Origin: Nitrosococcus oceani ATCC 19707
Lineage (GTDB): Bacteria; Pseudomonadota; Gammaproteobacteria; Nitrosococcales; Nitrosococcaceae
Assembly: GCF_000012805.1 (NCBI RefSeq)
Contig: NC_007484.1
Location: forward strand, 1,890,001 to 1,922,000
Direction: 5' to 3'
DNA: 32,000 nt
Shown here: positions 26,437 through 32,000 of the stretch, piece by piece
Numbering within the stretch: the first letter of the stretch is position 1
Layout of the letters: every line of letters starts with the position of its first letter
Position numbers and translations under genes: made by a program
Notes under the pieces: model-generated
Told to the model about the DNA's origin: nothing
The model's database searches: none
Seen by the model: the letters and a program-made list of their open reading frames with translations, nothing else

Positions 26437-27322
26437 AGGGTAACCTCAGTGGTGCAAAAACCGAGAGCAGCAGCTCACTAATCAGACGAGCCGTTAGCTG
26501 TTTTTCATCCAGGGCAGGGTTATATTCGGCGATTTCTAATCCTATCAAACGGGGATCTCCATAGAGCTGTCGCAACAACGGTAGAAGTTCTTCCTTGGCG
26601 AGGCCCCCTGGCACTGGAGAACCCACAGCGGGGGCCTCTTTGGGATCAATAGCATCCAGATCAAGACTGATCCCAAATCCTGTAGTCCGGTCCCGGATTC
26701 GTCCCAAAGCCTCATAAAACACTTCGCTCAATCCGCGGCGGCGCACTTCGTCCATAAAAAAAACCTTCACACCTAACCGCTGAAGCAATCGATGCTCCTC
26801 CGGCTCAAAGCTACGAACCCCAATAAGCACCACATTTTCTGGCAAGAACTTAGGCTCAGGACTCCCAATGGCGGTGAGCCGAGGATCTCCCCAACCTAGA
26901 AGGCAGGCCAGAGGCATGCCGTGCAGGGCGCCACTGGGGCTGGTCTCTGGCAGATGAGCGTCCATATGGGCGTCTATCCAGATAAGTCCCACAGGTCCTG
27001 CAATTCGCCGCCTGGAAACGGCCCCGCTCCAGGTCCCAATAGCGCAAGAATGATCGCCTCCTAGAACAATAAAGGGCTCACCCCTAGCAACCACATTACC
27101 TGCCACCTGGCTCAGTTCCACGGAAAGTGCCTGCACCGCCATCACGGCGTTATCATCCTGACTCTCTTGTGGTTGTATCGTGATCTCCCAGGAAACAGGC
27201 ATTCCTTGTTGGCGTAGATGGGCCACTAGACCTCGGCGGCGGAGGGCCTCCGGGCCCGCTTCGCAGCGGCGATCCAAAGCGCCCCAACCACTTGCAACGC
27301 CAATGATACGAATGATCTTCAT
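26393..27322 (-). CDS. rocF: Arginase
   Basis: 309 aa from the ATG at 27322 (MKIIRIIGV). Alternative in-frame starts are at 27355 (ATG) and 27376 (TTG). Ureohydrolase Mn motifs are present: GGDHS, DAHMDAH, SLDLDAIDP. The arginase-type segment TSPSGALHGMPLACLLG is also present. The 3' end overlaps rocD by 44 nt. Confidence 0.88.
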   Translation of the reverse strand: MKIIRIIGVASGWGALDRRCEAGPEALRRRGLVAHLRQQGMPVSWEITIQPQESQDDNAVMAVQALSVELSQVAGNVVARGEPFIVLGGDHSCAIGTWSGAVSRRRIAGPVGLIWIDAHMDAHLPETSPSGALHGMPLACLLGWGDPRLTAIGSPEPKFLPENVVLIGVRSFEPEEHRLLQRLGVKVFFMDEVRRRGLSEVFYEALGRIRDRTTGFGISLDLDAIDPKEAPAVGSPVPGGLAKEELLPLLRQLYGDPRLIGLEIAEYNPALDEKQLTARLISELLLSVFAPLRLPYESYHRAGKAVLSA

Positions 27323-27593
27323 GATCCCCCTACCTTTTTTCCCTATTTGCCTCATATATCCCCCCAGCTCCTCCAAATTGGACCGGCAAAGTGCTAATTT
27401 TGTTCAGGCACGCCCCTGTAAAGGCTCCACAGCCACTAACGTCAAAACTTAGGAGCAATATTGACCTTGAGGACGATCTGGGCGAGGCGTATGAAAAACG
27501 CTTGTAAATCAGAAACCTATCTTGCCTTCCTGGGGGCTACCCAACGCTTGCAAAGAGTACGCAGCTACCAGGCGTTGAAAAAACGAGGATTGC

Positions 27594-28232
27594 TCAAATT
27601 TTTTCCCCAACAAAGGGATTTGATTGCCGCTCTTCCCCGAAAGTTGACATAGGGCCATGCCCCGGAATAAACCGAACTTCATCTCCCAAAGGAAACAGGC
27701 GTTTGCGAATAGAGTGGATGAGCGCATCATAATCGCCCCGAGGAAAATCAGTGCGACCAATGGAACCCTTAAACAATACGTCTCCAACGAGAGCGAGATG
27801 ACTTTCCGGATGAAAAAAAATCACATGACCCGGCGTGTGCCCTGGGCAATGATAAACATTAAGTACCACCTTACCAAAGGAGACCCTATCCCCCTGCTCC
27901 AACCAACGATCAGGCACAAAAGCTCTAACCGGAGGAAAACCAAACATCTCACTTTGTGCTGGCAGAGAATCAATCCAGAATTCATCTTCTATTTGGGGAC
28001 CTTCAATAGGCACCTCTAATCGGCGCGCCAGTTCGCCCGCACCGCCAGCATGATCGATATGGCCATGAGTCAGCAGAATCTTTTCTATCTTGAGACAACC
28101 GGCTTCAGCTCTTGCCAGGATCTGCTCCACATCACCGCCGGGATCTACCACTGCTGCCTTACCACTCTCTTCGCAGCCGAGTAAGGTGCAGTTCTGCATA
28201 AACCGGGTAACAGGCAAAATTTCAAATTTCAT
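27594..28232 (-). CDS. MBL-fold metallo-hydrolase (YcbL/GloC-like glyoxalase II type)
   Basis: 212 aa. THGHIDHAGG metal motif, CPGHTPGH, and FKGSIGRTDFP.G. Confidence 0.85.
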   Translation of the reverse strand: MKFEILPVTRFMQNCTLLGCEESGKAAVVDPGGDVEQILARAEAGCLKIEKILLTHGHIDHAGGAGELARRLEVPIEGPQIEDEFWIDSLPAQSEMFGFPPVRAFVPDRWLEQGDRVSFGKVVLNVYHCPGHTPGHVIFFHPESHLALVGDVLFKGSIGRTDFPRGDYDALIHSIRKRLFPLGDEVRFIPGHGPMSTFGEERQSNPFVGEKI

Positions 28233-28248
28233 CTATTTCTTTATCTAG

Positions 28249-28890
28249 TTAGTTGGTCAAGGAAACACCTGACTCTACTTTCATACCAGCAAGCAGACTT
28301 TTATCGTTAAATTCATTAAGAATAATCACCGGGGTTCCCAGCTGTATAAATTGCCGCAGCTCATCAATTTCCCTATTGGTAAGAGCAACACAACCGCGAG
28401 TCCAATTAAAATTGCGATGAATCATGAGTTTTTTCCTTGTTTCTTCTCCGATTCCATGGATTCCAATAAATCCACCCAACCGGGTCTGCTGTGGCGGAAT
28501 ACCATTTTTCTCTTGCTGAGCCCGGTAGATATGGACCAGCTCATCCCATGAAATCAAGCCTTCTTTATAGCCAGCCAAAGCATCCCCACGGCTTGGATAA
28601 TCAAGATGTATGAAATAATGAAATTTATGACTTGGCCAAAAACCAACTATCTCATATTCTCCTTCTGGGGTATGTTTATCTCCTTCAATACGCTTTCCGC
28701 CCCCACCTCCTTGACCAAGAGCGGCATGGTATTTTTTAATGATCTGCCCCCCTTTTTTGACAATAAGCAATCGTTTTGATTTTATAATAATAAGTTCGTA
28801 GGAAAGTTCAGTGGATGATGTTGCGCCAGCAAATGGATTGGTTAGAACCAATGCTAAAATAACCAGTAATTTCAGCAGCAAATTAGGCAT
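28249..28890 (-). CDS. L,D-transpeptidase (YkuD-domain) family protein, secreted
   Basis: 213 aa. Signal peptide MPNLLLKLLVILALVLTNPFAGA. YkuD catalytic pattern IHG...(N)...TRGCVAL. Confidence 0.8.
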   Translation of the reverse strand: MPNLLLKLLVILALVLTNPFAGATSSTELSYELIIIKSKRLLIVKKGGQIIKKYHAALGQGGGGGKRIEGDKHTPEGEYEIVGFWPSHKFHYFIHLDYPSRGDALAGYKEGLISWDELVHIYRAQQEKNGIPPQQTRLGGFIGIHGIGEETRKKLMIHRNFNWTRGCVALTNREIDELRQFIQLGTPVIILNEFNDKSLLAGMKVESGVSLTN

Positions 28891-28986
28891 TGTTCATGAT
28901 TTCTGTCGTTATATATTGAAACGATTGAGTTATATCGAAGAAGCGCTTAGTGATAGCAGTTCCCAAGCTTCTTATGTCCCATTTGT

Positions 28987-30120
28987 TCATGGGCGCTTAT
29001 AAGGACCGCCTGCCTCCAATTCCATTATTGCGCTCCTTACCATACGGCTTTCTTGGGCAAGAAAATCAGCAATGGCACTGTAAAAACCAGAATCTCCGAG
29101 CCAATGAGCAGACCAAGTGAGCACAGGCAGGAACCCCCGGTTTATCTTGTGTTCCCCTTGAGCGCCAGGCTCAAAATATTGTAAATGGTGCTCGATACAA
29201 TACTCTATGCCCCGGTAATAGCACAGTTCAAAATGCATCCCCGCCAAGTACTCGCTATCACCCCAGTAACGGCCGTAGAGGGTGTCCCGGCTTCGCAAAT
29301 ATAAAGCCCCCGCAATGGGGATACCCGTGCGCACGGCCAACGCTAGCACCACAGCCTGCCCCATTGTTCGCCCTAAAGACTTAAAAAATGGCAATGTAAG
29401 AGCAGGATAATTCCCTTTGGCATGAAAGGTGGCTTGATAAAATCGATACATGGCGCGCCATTCTAAATCGGTAACCTCGCTCCCGTGGATAACCTTAATC
29501 TCTGTTCCTCGAGTTTGGGCCTGACGGCGCTCTCGCCTGACCTCCTTACGACGCTTGGAGGTTAAGGTTTCCAAAAAATCATTGAAGTCCCGATAACCCC
29601 GGTTATGCCAGTGAAATTGATAACCTTGGCGCAGCAGGAAACCACAATTTGCTAGCCTTTTTCTATCTTTTTGATGAGGAAATAACCAATGAAGGGAAGA
29701 GATTCCCCCTTTCTTTGCTAACCTAATCGTCATTTGGATAAGCTCGTCGACCATTGCTTCATCCGCTCCCGGCTTTAAAAGCAACCGTGGACCAGTTACA
29801 GGACTAAAGGGTACAGCAACGACCAGTTTGGGGTAATAATGCTGCCCTGCCTGCTCCCAAGCGTCAGCCCAAGACCAATCGAACACGAACTCGCCAAATG
29901 AGTTATATTTGAGATATAAGGGTACCGCGCCAATCAGGCTCCCTGGGCGATCTTCAGCGAGAAGATAGCGCGGCAGCCAGCCTACATGGGCACCTACACA
30001 ACCGTAACGCTCAAGAGCGCTTAGAAATTCATAACGTAAAAAAGGATTATCGGTTCCCTCCAAGGCATTCCACTGCCCCGAGGCAACGGTTTCAATAGAT
30101 TCGGTAACCTTAAATTCCAC
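28987..30120 (-). CDS. DUF482 / FemAB-like GNAT-fold protein (COG3146 type)
   Basis: 377 aa with a GTG start. The N-terminus ...W.AL....NPFLRYEFL.ALE..G.V....GW.P.YL and the C-terminal F.ACYY.GIEY... arrangement match what I remember of this family. The function is unknown. Confidence 0.7.
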   Translation of the reverse strand: MEFKVTESIETVASGQWNALEGTDNPFLRYEFLSALERYGCVGAHVGWLPRYLLAEDRPGSLIGAVPLYLKYNSFGEFVFDWSWADAWEQAGQHYYPKLVVAVPFSPVTGPRLLLKPGADEAMVDELIQMTIRLAKKGGISSLHWLFPHQKDRKRLANCGFLLRQGYQFHWHNRGYRDFNDFLETLTSKRRKEVRRERRQAQTRGTEIKVIHGSEVTDLEWRAMYRFYQATFHAKGNYPALTLPFFKSLGRTMGQAVVLALAVRTGIPIAGALYLRSRDTLYGRYWGDSEYLAGMHFELCYYRGIEYCIEHHLQYFEPGAQGEHKINRGFLPVLTWSAHWLGDSGFYSAIADFLAQESRMVRSAIMELEAGGPYKRP

Positions 30121-30231
30121 GACAACCCTATCCCCTATAGATTATTCAAAATTTTACAACCAGGACATTCATTATTTTTTGGCGCTTTTGTGCTATTATT
30201 TTAGCAAGTACAGTCATGTAATTAGTTGCCT

Positions 30232-30657
30232 ATGAGATTTTCCAACCGCCCCCGTTACGCCATCAGCGCGATGATGAATTTGGCCTTAGTCAAACAGCAA
30301 AAATCAATTACTTTGGGCGATATCGCCCAACTAGACAATATTTCTGTTTCTTATCTAGAACAAATATTTGCCAGCCTGCGCCACCATGGCTTAGTAGAAG
30401 GAATACGTGGGCCGGGAGGAGGTTATCATCTTACACGCGCTGCTGAAAAAATTACCATTGCGGAAATTATTGCCGCAGTGGATAAACAACCAGGCAAGCT
30501 CAACCCCCTGGCAATTGCCACTAATTCCGTAAGTGAAGCAGAGCGCCTTTGGCATGATTTCAGTATGCGGCTTTACGATTTCCTTAACCAAATCACGCTT
30601 GCGGATCTAGCACGACGCTGGCCTCACTCGCACCTCGGAATTAAACATGGATGTTGA
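30232..30657 (+). CDS. Rrf2-family transcriptional regulator lacking the Fe-S cysteine triad
   Basis: 141 aa from the ATG at 30232; the track start at 30226 is a TTG. It has a winged HTH (RYAISAMMNLA...ISVSYLEQIF..LR..GLVE..RGPGGGY.L). There are no cysteines in the region where IscR/NsrR carry their cluster ligands. Confidence 0.85.
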   Translation: MRFSNRPRYAISAMMNLALVKQQKSITLGDIAQLDNISVSYLEQIFASLRHHGLVEGIRGPGGGYHLTRAAEKITIAEIIAAVDKQPGKLNPLAIATNSVSEAERLWHDFSMRLYDFLNQITLADLARRWPHSHLGIKHGC

Positions 30658-30754
30658 ATGCCCCCCAGCGAGTGTGCCTGCCTGTGCGTGCCCGCACGCA
30701 GACAGGCGAAGTGAAACTTTGCTGCGAGCGCGAGGGCCAACATTCCTCGCGTTT

Positions 30755-30769
30755 CGCCAATAATTGGCG
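30755..30769. repeat. Perfect 15-bp palindrome CGCCAATAATTGGCG
   Basis: Read directly. It lies about 100 nt downstream of the Rrf2 stop and is followed by CTATATTTT. It is either a protein-binding palindrome or a 6-bp-stem hairpin. Confidence 0.9.
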
Positions 30770-31033
30770 CTATATTTTCCCTGCTGCCAAGAGCGCGACC
30801 TACCCTCGGTAGGAGGGGAAATGATGCGCGTGGAGGGTGATACCCAACCGAGGGCCTTGCGCGCTAAGTCGTGGCCAGCCCAAAGCACCCCTTGAAGCGC
30901 GAATTCTCCAGGCTGATGAGGTTTTGTAGGAACAAAATCGACATCAGTCATGGCGGAACTCCAACTGGGGAGGTGTCTACCTACCCTCCCTTTAATACCC
31001 TACGCCCAGCTCCCCCTCAGCTATTAGCAAATC

Positions 31034-31651
31034 CTACGAGGAACGCCGAAGCTTGAGTACGAGGCGGGCCAATTCAGTAGGACGCCTGACTTTCATCTTA
31101 GCCATAAGGCGGGCACGGTGGATTTCTACCGTACGGATGCTCACTTCTAATTCAGCAGCAATCACCTTATTGAGCTTTCCTTCGATAACCTTATCCAAAA
31201 CATCCCTTTCCCGCGGTGTCAGGGAAGCTAATCGTTTTTCGATAGTATCCCGTTGAGCGCGCTCGGTCCGTTTAATTTGGTCTAGCTCAATTGCTTCCTG
31301 AATGGATCGCAGCAGGGTCTCAAAATCAAAAGGTTTCAACAAAAAATCCACCGCGCCCTGCTTCACGGCCCGCACTACGGTGGGCACATCCGCTTGTCCC
31401 GTAATGAATATCACAGGAATAGGGATCTGCTCGGAGACCAAATATTCTTGCAGATCCAATCCTGTGCTCTCGGGCATCTGAACATCTAAAATAATACAAC
31501 CCGGTTGATTGGGCTCATAAACTTTAAGGAAAGCTTCAGCAGATTCGCAGACCTTTACGCGATAGCCTACGGACTGAAGCGAGGGACCCAATGAGTTTCT
31601 AACCGTAACGCCATCATCGACGATAAACACCATCGGTTCCCGTGTCGCCAT
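31034..31651 (-). CDS. FixJ/LuxR-family response regulator (orphan; no kinase adjacent)
   Basis: 205 aa. REC (IVDDG, ILDVQMPE, ITGQADV, LKPF) plus a LuxR HTH (LTPRERDVL...VSIRTVEIHRARLMAKM). Confidence 0.9.
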   Translation of the reverse strand: MATREPMVFIVDDGVTVRNSLGPSLQSVGYRVKVCESAEAFLKVYEPNQPGCIILDVQMPESTGLDLQEYLVSEQIPIPVIFITGQADVPTVVRAVKQGAVDFLLKPFDFETLLRSIQEAIELDQIKRTERAQRDTIEKRLASLTPRERDVLDKVIEGKLNKVIAAELEVSIRTVEIHRARLMAKMKVRRPTELARLVLKLRRSS

Positions 31652-31693
31652 AGTTAAGCTTTCACCGAAGGGTCGCTTTCAATACCTTCCTGT

Positions 31694-32000
31694 CTAGTCC
31701 GCCATTGCCAGAAGCAGGCTGTTTAAGCGTTTAACGAATAAAGCAGGTTCTTCAAGGCGCCCTCCTTCAGCAAGCAAGGCCTGCTCGAATAACAAGTGGG
31801 CCCAGTCACCAAAATTTTCCTCCGACTCCTCCCCTTTGAGACGAGCAATAATGGGATGGGCCGGGTTGAGCTCGAGAATAGGCTGGATATGAGGTGCTTG
31901 CTGGCCTGCCTCCTTTAAAAGACGCTCGAGATAGCCACTCATGTCATGCTGTTCAACCACTAAACAGACCGGAGAATCCGTTAAACGATGGGTTACGCGT
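31694..32000 (-). CDS. htpG: Molecular chaperone HtpG (Hsp90), C-terminal part only; the N-terminus lies beyond the window edge
   Basis: The reading frame is open to position 32000. The C-terminal sequence ...LELNP.HPII.RL........[27 protein letters not shown] is typical of HtpG. Confidence 0.9.
   Translation of the reverse strand, partial: RVTHRLTDSPVCLVVEQHDMSGYLERLLKEAGQQAPHIQPILELNPAHPIIARLKGEESEENFGDWAHLLFEQALLAEGGRLEEPALFVKRLNSLLLAMAD

Noticed and set aside
27377-27593. ORFs 27461-27652 (+) and 27509-27787 (-) and a possible ArgR or sigma-54 site in the arginase upstream region
   Set aside because: Both ORFs run into the MBL hydrolase gene and lack motifs. I found no TGGCAC-N5-TTGC element or ARG-box-like TNTGAAT-N4-ATTCANA. 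The spacer is probably an ordinary promoter and 5' UTR.
30607-30951. 114-aa minus-strand ORF in the GC-rich spacer
   Set aside because: It overlaps the Rrf2 gene's 3' end and has an Arg/Gly/Ser/Pro/Trp-rich composition typical of spurious frames in GC-rich DNA. I recognised no motif. The region is reported instead as unexplained structured DNA.

Overview
This 32 kb window is a densely coded chromosomal segment of about 30 genes. I saw no rRNA, tRNA, CRISPR array or IS element by eye. The smc-zipA-ligA block (2547-9032, minus strand) is a gene order typical of Gammaproteobacteria. I did not identify the organism more precisely than that.

Other well-supported genes are yjbQ, bfd, queF, an FGGY sugar kinase, cysZ, a putA without a DNA-binding domain, a ferritin-like protein, a dodecin, an MBL-fold hydrolase, an L,D-transpeptidase, a DUF482/FemAB-like GNAT, an Rrf2 regulator, an orphan FixJ-type regulator and the 3' end of htpG.

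Four regions are not ordinary housekeeping:
1. A tightly coupled minus-strand operon (21981-27322) encodes arginase, ornithine aminotransferase, an ALDH7-type dehydrogenase, an indoleamine 2,3-dioxygenase (IDO) family haem dioxygenase and an LEA_2 lipoprotein. No kynurenine-pathway partner gene is in view.
2. A five-gene signalling island (12839-17737) places an RpoS-type sigma factor between two two-component systems, instead of the usual nlpD-rpoS context.
3. A lone Cre-type tyrosine recombinase (10800-11786) has no visible mobile element. Its upstream spacer is rich in repeats and may hold a small overlapping ORF.
4. A 375-bp GC-rich, heavily self-complementary spacer lies between two convergent genes (30658-31033). 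It has no convincing coding assignment.

Many gene products here are stress-related: RpoS-like sigma, LEA_2, ferritin-like protein, dodecin, PutA and arginine catabolism, and HtpG. A shared stress function is inference only. All functional calls come from reading the translated ORFs against remembered family motifs. No database search was run.
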